In this document: in pieces, positions 27,166 to 38,840 of the stretch
Numbering within the stretch: the first letter of the stretch is position 1
How the letters are laid out: every line of letters starts with the position of its first letter
Assembly: GCF_963921235.1 (NCBI RefSeq)
Contig: NC_086100.1
Span: forward strand, 84,320,001 to 84,384,000
Length of the DNA stretch: 64,000 bases
Direction of reading: 5' to 3'
Source: Mobula hypostoma
Lineage: Eukaryota
The notes under the pieces: model-generated
What the model was told of the DNA's origin: nothing
Databases searched by the model: none
Seen by the model: the letters and a program-made list of their open reading frames with translations, nothing else
Program-made: the position numbers and the translations under genes

Positions 27166-27539
27166 TATTACTCAAGCAGCACCTGTGGAAAGAGGAACCA
27201 GATCAAAGACCTTTCATCAGAACGGATACAGTACTCAATATACCAGTTTGCACTGACTTCATTTCTTATTTCCTTCCTTCTTATCTAACGCTGCAGCATT
27301 TGCAATAGTCAAATCCAATGCTGCAACTCCCAAGTTAGGGCTTGGAAAAAATTGACCAATGCATCTGCATTATCTTGTAGTAAATAGATCAAATAACTTC
27401 TGGAAAATGAGTGTAAGAATTTCTGGAGAGGGTGATAATTGAGAGACCAGGGAGAATGTCTTGTGGTGGGGTGCTGAGTAAGTAGTCAAGATAGCAATTA
27501 CTTTAAAAACTGGCAGGTGGGGACAGAAATGAAGAAGAA

Positions 27540-27810
27540 ACATTAAGATATACTTACTTCAATGGAGAGACCAGAATAAAGGAGAGGTTACACAAAATTG
27601 TTAAATTGAGAGCCTCAATGTACTCAGACAAAAAATGAGGCGCTGTTCCATGACCTTCTGTTGGACGTTGTTGGAGTAATGTGTAAGGTCAAGGTTAGAG
27701 TGGCCAGGATGGGAATAGGGCAGAGAATTAAAGCAGCAAGCGATGGGCAGTTTAGGATTATCTATGTGGTCTGAATGATATTCTGCAACATGGTCATCCA
27801 TCCATGTTGT
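27540..27810 (-). mobile_element. Degenerate Penelope GIY-YIG C-terminal remnant
   Basis: ORF 27601-27801 (LPIACCFNS...EQRLIFCLSTL) parallels LPVATHFNS...EQHLIFRLGSL in 55853-56179. Confidence 0.6.
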
Positions 27811-28149
27811 TTTTTTTCTTATTAGAGTTTTTAGTCCAAACCATTAGATTGGAAGAAGTGCAAATGTACTTGGAAGGTCTGTTTGGGTTACACTAAATTG
27901 GAAGAAGTGCAGTAGACTCCTCGAGGGTGAGGTACATTTCTCTGTAAGGTTTGTGATGAATGTACTCCTTTGATGTTAACAAGAGGATGATGATACATGG
28001 TATCATTGTGAAGTACTCCCTTTTTACCATTCAGGAAAGGGGATGTACTTATGGCTCCCTGGCCTGCTGTCCCCTCTCCACCAACATTGTCTATTTTACA
28101 TCAACTTCCCATGCAAACGCGGGGAATGCAACCCCTCTTCCCATCCTGC

Positions 28150-28640
28150 CATCCAGAATATTGCACGGATTGATGATGGACATGCTCTTTATGATCAGAT
28201 TTGGTTTTGGGGAGGGAATTAGGACTTGGATCCAATAACTCAACACGGGCATCAGTAGTGCCATCCAAATTAATGGAGGAGAAACAGAGGGCTTCCCCAT
28301 CATCTGGAGTCAGGCTTGCTGCTCAGTCTCTTGTGCCTTGTCCCTGTATTGTATCAAGCCTTTTACCAAATCCAGCAGAAAGGACATAGGTAATGATGCC
28401 AGGCATTCGGGACATTCAGGACAAGGCCTCAGTGAACATGAGTGACGTCAGTGTCTTCTGCTTGGACCCACAACCTGTCAATGCCTTGCAGATGCATTGT
28501 TAAAGGAGGAAGCAAGACATGCCCTGACACATTGTAAGATAATATATTAAACTGATGCTACAATGAATGCAGAAAGTAATGTTCCAAATGAATTTGCTGT
28601 ATATATTATGAATGAAGTATATTTTTGATATAAAAAGCTG
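28150..28640 (+). mobile_element. Degenerate Tx1/L1-clade RT fragment
   Basis: Encodes FGFGEGIRTWIQ and SGVR, resembling the RT of L1/Tx1 elements. The tail resembles the reverse complement of 20620-20660. Confidence 0.5.
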
Positions 28641-29513
28641 TAATGTTAAACGCATCTCATCATCCATCAATTAAATATTTCCCTCCAGTGTCCTCTGCTT
28701 TTGAAGTGCTTTGAGCTCCTGTATCCAGTTTTCCACACCAGGAAAATGCTGCAGCTTTTGGCGTTAAATGGTCATCTTTTGAGATTGCTTACAGAAGGTG
28801 TTTCTGAAATTACAAAACTGTAATTGAAAATTGATTGTTCAAGTTCATATCCTGTCCATTATGAATATGTCCTAAACCAAATAATGTACATACAGAGGCT
28901 GGTCTGAGAAAACAGAACATATTGTTCACTTGAATTGGTCATGCACAGTGTGTGTGAACTGAAGCGTCAAATCAAATAGTTAGTCAAAGGTAATAATGGA
29001 CAGGGATTCAAAAGCAGTAAGTTGAACTGAGGTTCTGCTGAAATCTCATCTCATTTGAAAGTGAACCCTATTGCAGTACTCACAACATTTCTGTGAGGAT
29101 TGTGCTCAATGTTATTCATATGAAGAAGGTGGTGTTTTGTACTCAGATGGAATGAGACTGAGTGGCACTGCGAAAAATCTGAATCTCTGCTTTTTTCAGC
29201 TTCTACGAACTGACTTTTAAGCACGTTGCTTGGGAAACTAACCGAGAAATGTTTCAAAATTAGGTTGGTGCCTCATGCAGAATGTGCATGGTTTCTGCAA
29301 TTTTCTTTGGAAGTATTTACTTTTTTTGGTGTTCAAGGAACTTACAGGTGTAACTTATATCTGGCAGTTGGCATATCTGCAGAAAATATTCAGACAAAGA
29401 CTTGGCTACAGTCAGAACTTTAAAATAAGTGAAAGACGCTGAAAACCATTGGAATTCTGGATACAAGCAAGCACAAATCTTTGGAACTGTGAACTTACAT
29501 TAATCTGCACAAA

Positions 29514-30569
29514 ATGAATATATCTAAATGTGAAAATTGTGATGCTTCCAATGTGATGTCTCTTCTGGGGGAAGAAGTGGCTACAGTGCAGTACTCCATA
29601 AACGTGTCCCACACTGCAGAACTCCGTGCCTTACGTAACCTGGCCCAGAAATCATTTCTTACTATGTCTCAGCAGGGAATGAATGGTTTGGACATTCTTC
29701 TTGTAATCTGTCTTTTTGCCTCACTGCTGGCCACTCCCCTGGTCCTGATGGCCATCTTTTCAAACAGCAGTCTTCGTCGGGAGACCAGGTACCTTCTGCT
29801 TGCCAACACTATGACGAATGATTTAATCTATTCAATATTGAACACCTTTGTTGCTGTCCTTAATACAGTGAGAGCTGCAATGCCCAAAGTAATTTGTGAA
29901 TTGATCTTGTTCCTGTTAACTGTGGCATATTCAAATGGAATTCTAACAATCACTGCTATGGTGGTGGACACTTATGTGGCCATTGGCTGGCCTCTTCACT
30001 ATCCGCTACTTTTATCCCGTTCTAGAGCAATCAAGATCATTGCTTGCATATGGGTTATCTCTGTCAGCCTTTCTTCTATCTTGCTCATAGTAATGCTGTG
30101 GACACAGGACGATCCATTTTCCTTGTTCACAGTGTGTGTGGCACCCTTGGTGCTTTTGTCTTCTCCATTTGGAACATTTTTGTTAAAATGTTCATTTGGC
30201 ATTGTATTTCTTTATTTTCTAACATGCTTAGTATTAATATCAAGTTTCTATATATTGTTATACTGCAAAACAAAGACATTGGGGATATGGGTGAACAACT
30301 CAAGGGCAAAACAGACCTATCTCATCCATTCAATGCTGTTACTTCTTTATTTCTCTCCTCTGGCTGTGCTGGTAGTCGGGATAGTGATTTATGGAATGCA
30401 CCCAGCTGAGACCCAGGAAGCAATCTGGATCATTGTGTCAGTAAATGATATTCTGATGTTACCAAAGGCCGTGAGCCCCTATGTTTACGGGCTGAGATAT
30501 CGAGAGATTACAAACACAATCCGATCATTCTTCCCTCTGAAGTCAAAAACTCAAGTAAGGCCACTGTGA
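29514..30569 (+). CDS. GPR148-like orphan 7TM GPCR, copy 2 (351 aa, intronless CDS)
   Basis: 7TM. Motifs LRRETRYLLLANT..NDLIY, TAMVVDTYVAIGWPLHY, SRAKQTYLIHS and MLPKAVSPYVYGLRYREI. Paralog of copies 1 and 3. Confidence 0.88.
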   Translation: MNISKCENCDASNVMSLLGEEVATVQYSINVSHTAELRALRNLAQKSFLTMSQQGMNGLDILLVICLFASLLATPLVLMAIFSNSSLRRETRYLLLANTMTNDLIYSILNTFVAVLNTVRAAMPKVICELILFLLTVAYSNGILTITAMVVDTYVAIGWPLHYPLLLSRSRAIKIIACIWVISVSLSSILLIVMLWTQDDPFSLFTVCVAPLVLLSSPFGTFLLKCSFGIVFLYFLTCLVLISSFYILLYCKTKTLGIWVNNSRAKQTYLIHSMLLLLYFSPLAVLVVGIVIYGMHPAETQEAIWIIVSVNDILMLPKAVSPYVYGLRYREITNTIRSFFPLKSKTQVRPL

Positions 30570-32189
30570 AGCAATTTGAGCAGAAAGGTTTGTAGCTGCG
30601 ATGCACTTGGTTTTCCCTCCTTATGTTACCCTGATCAGGGTTTTGCACAAGTAATACCCACTCTGCATTGTATAATGCACAGTACTTGGACCATGGCAGA
30701 GTCTGTCTGACGGATGCCCTAGAATCTGGAGTAGAGACAGGCTAGTCAGCTCGCCAGGTTTATCATCGTAGCACCCACACCTCAAAACTGTCTAAGTTAT
30801 TATTGTGGAATTAAATCTTCAAATATTTAAAATTAAAAACACAATCGTTACATTGCCCAATCAGTACTTCTGATTTCTGACAGCTTCTCTTTTGAGTTTT
30901 AGTCCCTTTAAGTTAAAGGTCTACGGCAGATAGTTTTGGAAATCAGATTGCGATGGACAGCTATCGCCCACACTGGAGTCCATTCATTGCAACAGGAACA
31001 GCCTGTTGTGAAATATCAGTATCTGAGCAGGGAGGCGCAACTTTCAACATTCACCTGCATGTTTTGGTGGTTGAATCTCTGTAACTAGATGCTGAAGAGA
31101 CTCATTGTGTTGGGGCGCTGCTTGGTGTTTCTGAAGCATTTGCAAAGTTTTGGGTGAGGAACAGCCATTGTTTATTTTTATATGGGATGACATTCACATT
31201 GGGGAAGGTGAGTGTTTTTCAGAGGAGCTTAAACCTTAGATATGCAATGAATGAAAGAGCATTTCCTTTAGGGGCGAAAAGTTAAATCTGTGTCTCCCCG
31301 GTAGAAATAAAGTCTGCATCCCAAATTGCAGCCACCTATCCTGGGGTCTTATAATGGCAGCCAAATTGTCTGTTTGAATCAGGAGACATTATTGTTGAAT
31401 GCAAATCAATACTCCTACTATGTATGTACTAAGTGGACTGTGATCCATTGAAACAGACTCAGTGAAAACCTCTTAGAATCACAGGAGATACTCACTATGG
31501 TAAATGGAGCATACCTCTACAGGAATAAAGTGTACAGCATTAACTCAGGCTCTGTGTCCCCAAGATTATGCTCGCCTAACATGCTTACACTATGGGGAAC
31601 ATGTTTGCAATAGAATGTTATTAAAGCCCAGCCTGCAAAATAGACTTAAAACCAAATGCTGAGAATAAAATCTTGAGCAGCTTAGATAGCATCGGTGGGA
31701 AAAGAAACTACTAATATTTCAAGTCCAGGAGTTTTCATTAAAACTGTTGAATTCACTGTCACTTTCCTCCTGTGATGGCAGTGTTGAAGAAGTTATACTC
31801 TGTTCTCCAGCAGTAGTTCCGATTTCCTGTTTTTTTTAATTTCAGATTTTCAACACTTGGAGCGAGAGTGATTTTCATTTATTGCAAATTCGACTCCTGA
31901 CAAGAAGACAAAAGGGCGGGGCAGGGGGTGGGTGGGTGCGATGCTGGAACAGATTCTTAGCAGGACTGTGCAAGACTATAGCAGATAACCTTCCTGTTAT
32001 CTCTTTGTCTCTCTCTCTCATTGATTTTGTTTGAGAACTTTGTTTTCCTGTCTTGAGATTTTTAGTCCAATTCCATGCTCTTCTTTTGTTTGTGGCTTTG
32101 CTTCCTGTTGTTGGGAGTAAACTCTCTGCAATGCTCATCAAAATGACAACTATATGCTCAGGGAAAGCCCTTCAGCAAGGAATGTGCAG

Positions 32190-32400
32190 TTAGAATCAGA
32201 ATCAGGTTTAATATCGCTGGCAAAAGTCGTGAAATTTTTTGCACTGCAGCAGTAATACATTGCAATACATAATAATAAAAAGCTATAAATTACAGTGGTG
32301 TGTATATTTGTGTATATATAAATATGATGGTGCTGGCTGAGTTTGCAACTTTCTGCAGCTCTTTCTGATTCTGTGCAGTCTGCCATAAATTACAGACTGT
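32190..32400 (-). mobile_element. Short Rex1-type 3' end
   Basis: AGAATCAGAATCAGGTTTAATATC tail, as at 33140-33170. Confidence 0.55.
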
Positions 32401-33137
32401 ACCTGCTCCTCTTCCCAACAGAATTTTGAAAATAGAAAAAAACAATAAAAATGATTCACAATTGTTCATAGTATTCTATTTTTCCCTATCAAGGTTTCTT
32501 TGTTGTGCGAATGGTTAGTCATCAAACATTCCGTTCTTAATCAGTATGTGTCCGCGTGGTAGGCAAACAGTTGTAGTCATCAGGCTATCACGAGTGTGAT
32601 TTTTGTAATATGAAGCAAGAAGTGCCCAGGACACACTTTAACAACTTGCGTGAAGTTTAAAACAGAACTGTAATTCATTCCAGGTTATTTCCCGGGTGAT
32701 TTATGAGCAAAGTCATTGAAAGCTACAGAGTAGTATTTACAGATAGAGAACAGCTTGAGGATGAACTGTGGGCACAGATGATCATGTGTACAATGTCAAA
32801 CAGAAGTATTTATGAATAGATATAATCAATTATGTGAAATATATGTTAGGTAGAGAAAACAGATCATTTGTACAACAGTTTAAAGTTTTTTACATATCTT
32901 TAATTTCAGAAAATGTCTTATTGTTTATTATTTGTAGTGTTTGTACACATTATTTTATATGTTGTATGATTGTTTTTAATAAATGTTTCAGAAGAACTCT
33001 GGGCTGTGGTGATCTGTGAGCCTTGACTAGGATTTTTTTTTAACTTGGATAAATTCAGGTTGAACCCAGTGGACAGGTATGAAACCACCTACAGTACGGA
33101 GCACGATCTGGAACTCAGTAAATCTGAATGGTTGCTC

Positions 33138-34355
33138 ATCAGAATCAGAATCAGAATCAGGTTTATTATCACTGCCATGTGTCGCGAAATCTGTTAGCTT
33201 AGCAGCAGCAGTTCAATGTAATATATAATATAGAAGAAGAAAAAGAATAAAATAATAATAATAAATAAGTAAATCCATTACAGTATATGTGTATTGAATA
33301 GATTAAAATCGTACAAAAAAACACAAATAATATATATTAAAATAGTGAGGTAGTGTTCACGAGTTCAATATCTATTTAGGAATTGGATGGCAGAGGGGAA
33401 GAAGCTGTTCTTGAATCACTGAGTGTGTGCCTTCAGGCTTCTGTATCTCCTGCCTGATGGTAACAGTGAGAAAAGGGCATGCCCTGGGTGCTGGGGGTCC
33501 TTAATAATGGATGCTGCCTTTCTGAGACACCGCTCCTTGAAGATGTCCTGGGTACTTTGTAGGCTACTGCCCAAGATGGAGCTGACTAGATTTACAACCT
33601 TCTGCAGCTTCTTTCGGTCCTGCGCAGTAGCGCCCCCCCCCGCCCCATACCAGACAGTGATGCAGAATGCTCTCCACGGTACATCTATAAAAGTTGTTGA
33701 ATGTTTTTGTTACCATACCAAATCTCTTCAAACTCCTAATAAAGTATAGACGCTGTCTTGCCTTCTTTAAAACTGCATTGATATGTTGGGACCAGAGATC
33801 TTGACACCCAGGAACTTGAAACTGCTCACTCTCTCCACCTCTGATCCCTCTATGTGGATTGGTATGTGTTCCTTCGTCTTGCCCTTCCTGAAGTCCACAA
33901 TCAGCTCTTTCATCTTACTGAAGTTGAGTACCAGGTTGTTGCTGCAACACCACTCCACCAGTCGGCATATCTCACTCCTGTACACCCTCTCGTCTCCATC
34001 TGAGATTCTACCAACAATGGTTGTATCATCAGCAAATTTATAGATGGTATTTGAGCTATGCCTAGCCACACAGTCATGGATATAGTGAGAGTATAGCAGT
34101 GGGCTAAGCACACTCCCCTGAGGTGCACCAGTGTTGATCGTCAGCGAGGAGGAGATATTATCATTAATCCACACAGATTGTGGTCTTCCAGTTAGGAAGT
34201 CGAGGATCCAATTGCAGAGGGAGGTACAGAGGCCCAGTTTCTGTAACTTCTCCATCAGGATTGTGGGAATGATGGTATTAAATGCTGAGCTATAGTCGGT
34301 GAACAGCATCCTGACGTAGGTGTTTGTGTTGTCCAGGTGGTCTAAGGCTGCGTGA
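33138..34355 (-). mobile_element. Rex1/Babar-clade LINE, 5'-truncated
   Basis: ORF 33767-34309 encodes [25 protein letters not shown] and [10 protein letters not shown] (Rex1-type RT). (TTCTGA)n 3' tail. Confidence 0.85.
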
Positions 34356-34662
34356 AGGCCGCATTGAACTCATTCTGAGCTATAGACTTTTGACAAGTGG
34401 AGCCCACTGCCTGGATTCCCCACTTGGAATCCCCGTTCCCCCGCATTTACCTGAATCAGATCTGAAAGTTTGAACGTGCAGGCTGAAGGCATCCCGAACA
34501 TGTCCTGTGGTGCCAGAAGTTCATGTCGAGTTCAATTACAGAATGCACTGACAAAGTTTCAGGCTCTGATCTGTCACCAGCTTTGCGATTTCATCTCTGT
34601 ATCCACAGTATATGGAGATCAAAGCACATTGGAGCACTGTGCTTAATTATTTCAATTGCTTT

Positions 34663-35225
34663 AAGAACGTAAGACATAGGAGCAGTGTATGGCCATTTGG
34701 CCCATTGAGTCTGCTCTGCTATCATGGCAGATTTATTATCCCTCTCAACCCCATTCTCCTGCCTTCTCCCCGTAACCTTCGACACCCTAGCAAATCAAGA
34801 ACCTATCAATCTCCCATTTAAATATACCCAAATGACTTGGCCTCCAGAGCCCTCTGTGACAAGGAATTACTCAATTTTATCACCCCCTGTCTTACGAAAT
34901 TCCTCCTCACCTCTGTTCCAAATGGACACCCTTCTATTCTGAGGCTGGTATTGGAGTCCTCCACTATAGAAAACATCCTCTCCACATCCACTCCATCTAG
35001 GCCTTTCAATATTCAATAGGTTTCAATGAGATTCCCCCTCATTCTTCTAAACTCCAGCAAATTCAGGCCCAGAACCATCAGGCACTCCTCATACATTAAC
35101 CCTTTCATTCCTGGAATCATTCTTGTGAACTTCCTCTAGACTCTCTCCAATGCCAGCATAATACTCCATGTGGTCTGACCAATGCCTTATAAGGCTTCAG
35201 CATTATATCCTCGCTGTAATGTTCT
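34663..35225 (-). mobile_element. CR1 LINE 3' fragment
   Basis: Encodes MKGLDGVDVERMF and YKALVRPH; the 3' end matches 49700-49872. Confidence 0.8.
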
Positions 35226-35979
35226 AGTCTTAAACCATGGATACTCATAGATGGTGGATTACACAATCTTACTAAAAAGTAATTGGTGATGAATTCATTT
35301 TCAGTAATTAATAAATAAAAGGCACTAGGCAACACAGGGCATCATGACTGTGTAGTGGTTAGCTAAATTAATGACTGAAATCCATTTAACAACTTAAACT
35401 ACAAAGGATTCAAGTTTTTAATGTTTCTTTACAAAGCTATTAAGTTGCTTTGTAATTCTTTCTTGCTAAATAGTTAATGAAGAATCCAGCTCCTAGTCAT
35501 GTATGAAAATGATTTATTGGTTACAAATAAGTCATCTGTATTCTGATGCAAAAACAAATAAATAATTGAATATAATGAAAATTATTTAGCATCTCAATTG
35601 CAAAGCATTGACAGACACTGTCACACAACTAAATGAGCAGTAAACATTAAACAGGCTATTTGAAGTATCAGCTTGAAAAATCAGCTTTAACGGATACTGA
35701 GCATAACCATCCAGTAATAACCAAAAATGTGGCTATAGTTTGGGTAAACTGATTTAATATCAATTCCTTAAATTACAGACTCAAAGCTTTTAAGAGCCAA
35801 TTCATGAATGTGTGTGTGTGTGTGTCCATGTGTAAGATAGAGAGAGATGCATATATGTAAACAAAACATATGCATCTGTGAGCGAGAGACTAACTGTGTG
35901 AGAGAGAGCTATGTGCAAGCGTCAATGAGAGGATTCCTCTGTCTCTTATATTTTGGTAATGGTTAAAAAAAAATCCAAG

Positions 35980-36380
35980 AGGACCACCACTTGTCGTGGT
36001 TTGGGGGCTTTTGTGCCTCAATGAGCCAGAAAGCTATGTGTTGGCTGGAGTCAGGGCTTTATGTTTTGGCTCTTGGTAGAGTTGCCCATGCCAACAAGGT
36101 CAAAGGGTAGAGGGCAGACTAAAAGTGGTCCACCCATACTCTGGGTTTGGGGTTCAGCTCAGGCTAACAACACTGACAGGTGAAACAAAATCGTTATGGA
36201 AACTATACGAAGAATCCTTCTGCATATGAGTGCAATGGTGTTCCTGAGTCTCCACCAGGGACTTGCATGACAGACAGTAGTAAAAACCGAAAGAAAGCTA
36301 CTGACTCGATGAACACTGCCAGACATGGAGGACTGTCATTGCTGCCCTAAACACCAGCAGCATTACAGGCAGTAAGTAAC
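35980..36380 (+). mobile_element. RTE-type non-autonomous retroposon (probable)
   Basis: GGTCAAAGGGTAGAGGGCAGAC...GGCTAACAAC head and GCTGCCCTAAAC...(TAAG) tail resemble RTE-derived SINEs. Recognised from memory only. Confidence 0.45.
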
Positions 36381-36394
36381 GGGAAAGAAAAGGC

Positions 36395-37085
36395 AATCAC
36401 CTAAACGAGTGAAGTGTGGAAGGACCTTAGCGTTCTAGTGCATGAATCACAAAAACTTCGCTGGCAGGTCCAACAAATAGCTAAGAAGGCATTTTGGCCT
36501 TTATTGCCAATGGACTGGAGTTTACGAACAGGGAGGTTTTGTTACCGTTGAATATGGTGTTGGTAAGCCTGCACCTGGAATACTATGCACATCTCTGGCC
36601 CTCTTAAATAAAAAAGGACATAGTAACATTGGAGGCATTTTTCAAAGGAGATTCACCAGGCTAATTCCCGGAATGAAAAGGTGTTCATATCATGAGACAG
36701 TTTCAGCCTTTATTCCTGGGAGTTTAAGAAATGATGATGATCTTATTGAAGCACACATGATTCTAAGCAGGCTAGACAGGTAGATGTTGGGTTGATTTCA
36801 CGAGTGGGACAGATACAAACAAGATATCATACTGACAAAATAAGGGAATGGTCATATAAAATTGAGGTGCATAAAAATTTCATCTTTTAGGGAAAAGTGA
36901 ATTTTTGGAATCATCTACCACAGACAATGCCATGTCATAAAATATTTGAAATATCATGCAACTGAGGGTCAAGGGATAATAGAGGAATTGAGGCCAGCAT
37001 AATCAGCCATGGTAATATTGAATGATGGGGCAGGGGTTGAAGAGTCGTGTGGCTTACTACTGCACCTATTTTCCTGTGTCTTTCT
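36395..37085 (+). mobile_element. Old CR1 3' fragment
   Basis: Degenerate similarity to 49190-49870 (GGACCTTAGCGTTCTAGTGCA, CACCTGGAATACT, AGATTCACCAGG). Confidence 0.65.
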
Positions 37086-37109
37086 TGTGAATGAGAGAGC
37101 AAGATGTTC

Positions 37110-37124
37110 ATGTGTATGTGTGTA

Positions 37125-37186
<62 letters not shown>
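37110..37186. repeat. (GT)n(GA)n microsatellite
   Basis: Seen directly. Confidence 0.95.
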
Positions 37187-37187
<1 letters not shown>

Positions 37188-37464
37188 TGCAAGTATAAGT
37201 GGGAGAGAAATCCAAGTGTGAGGGATACATATGTATGAAAGAGGTGTGCATGTATGAAACTGATGTGAATATGTGAAAGACACATGCGACAGCAAGAGAA
37301 ATGTGCATGAATTAGTGAGAGGGAAAGCTGTGCAAGTGAACGAGGCGAGCACATGTGTGTGAGAGTGTGTTTCAGTTGTGCTATGTTTCGTAACTCCCAA
37401 AATTTAAATTAATAGAAAGCAAAACACGGACCAGGATAATTTGTGTGTTTTAGTTTCGTTTTTA

Positions 37465-37988
37465 CGAGAGGCGATTGATAAGTTTGTGGCCTAAGGTAGA
37501 AGGAGTCAATTTTAGAAAATCTAGCACATTTATTTTTCAATATAGTCCCTTCCTACATATACGCACTTAGTCTAGCGGTCATGGAGCATACGGATTCCTT
37601 CTTTGTTGAAGCTGGTGTCTCGGACCTCCAGAAAGTGGGCCACAGCAGGGGTGATTGATAAGTTTGTGGCCTAAGGTAGAAGGAGATAAGTTATATAGCT
37701 CTTGTTACATGCACGTGCAGTTCAACTCTTTGAGTGATTATGCAGAAAGTTTGAAGTTAATAACTCACCTGCTTCTACCTTAGGCCATGAACTTATCAAT
37801 CATCCCTGCTGTGGGCACTTTCTGGTGGTCCAAGACGCCAACTTCTACAAAGAAGGGAACTGTATGCTCCACGACCGCTGGACTAAGTGTGTAAATGTAG
37901 GAGGGGACTATGTTGAAAAATAAATGTGTTAGGTTTCCTAAAATTGACTGCTTCTACCTTAGGTGACGAACCTATTAATCACCCCTCG
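37465..37988. mobile_element. Palindromic Tc1/mariner MITE inserted in the Gypsy 3' LTR
   Basis: TA TSD at 37463-64 and 37989-90; the other LTR has the empty site. Long inverted arms. The right arm encodes a mariner-like C-terminus (FYKEG..LHDRWTKCVNVGGDYVEK*). Confidence 0.85.
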
Positions 37989-38185
37989 TACTTTAAGCAA
38001 GGCACACATGTATGACATGGTGGTGTGATGATGTATGCTATTCAAACATTTTTACATATAACACACAATGATTTATTTAAATAAACAAAGAATGCTTAAT
38101 CGAACAATACGTTTACAATGTTACTCAAATATTAAATACACAACACTCCTCCCTGCTTAGCTATAAACTCCAACTCAATAGAGAA

Positions 38186-38840
38186 TATAGAACATAAAAC
38201 ATAGAATAGTACAGAACATTACAGGCCCTTTGGCCCACAATATTGTGCTGACCCTCAAACCCTGCCTCCCATATAACCTCCCACCTTAAATTCCTCCATA
38301 TACCTGTCTAGTAGTCTCTTAAACTTACTAGTGTATCTGCCTCCACCACTGACTCAGGCAGTGCATTCCACGCACCAACCACTCTCTGAGTAAAAAACCT
38401 TCCTCTAATATCCCCCTTGAACTTCCTACCCCTTACCTTAAAGCCATGTCCTCTTGTATTGAGCAGTGGTACCCTGGGGAAGAGGTGTTTGCTATCCACT
38501 CTATCTATTCCTCTTATTATCTTGTACACCTCTATCATGTCTCCTCTCATCCTCCTTCTCTCCAAAGAGTAAAGCCCTAGCTCCCTTAATCTCTGATCAG
38601 AATGCATACTCTCTAAACTAGGCAGCATCCTGGTAAATCTCCTCTGTACCCTTTCCAATGCTTCTACATCCTTCCTATAGTGAGGCAACCAGAACTGGAC
38701 ACAGTACTCCAAAGTGTGGCCTAACCAGAGTTTTATAGAGCTGCATAATTACATCGGGACTCTTAAACTCTATCCCTCGACTTATGAAAGCTAACACCCC
38801 ATAAGCTTTCTTAACTACCCTATCTACCTGTGAGGCAACT
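38186..38840 (-). mobile_element. CR1 LINE 3' fragment nested in the Gypsy element
   Basis: ORF 38308-38712 encodes LEYCVQFW...LERVQRRFTRM...TRGH; A-rich microsatellite tail at ~38190-38215. Confidence 0.88.

Noticed and set aside
36935-37400. (HT)n/(CV)n ORFs
   Set aside because: Translations of the (GT)n microsatellite.
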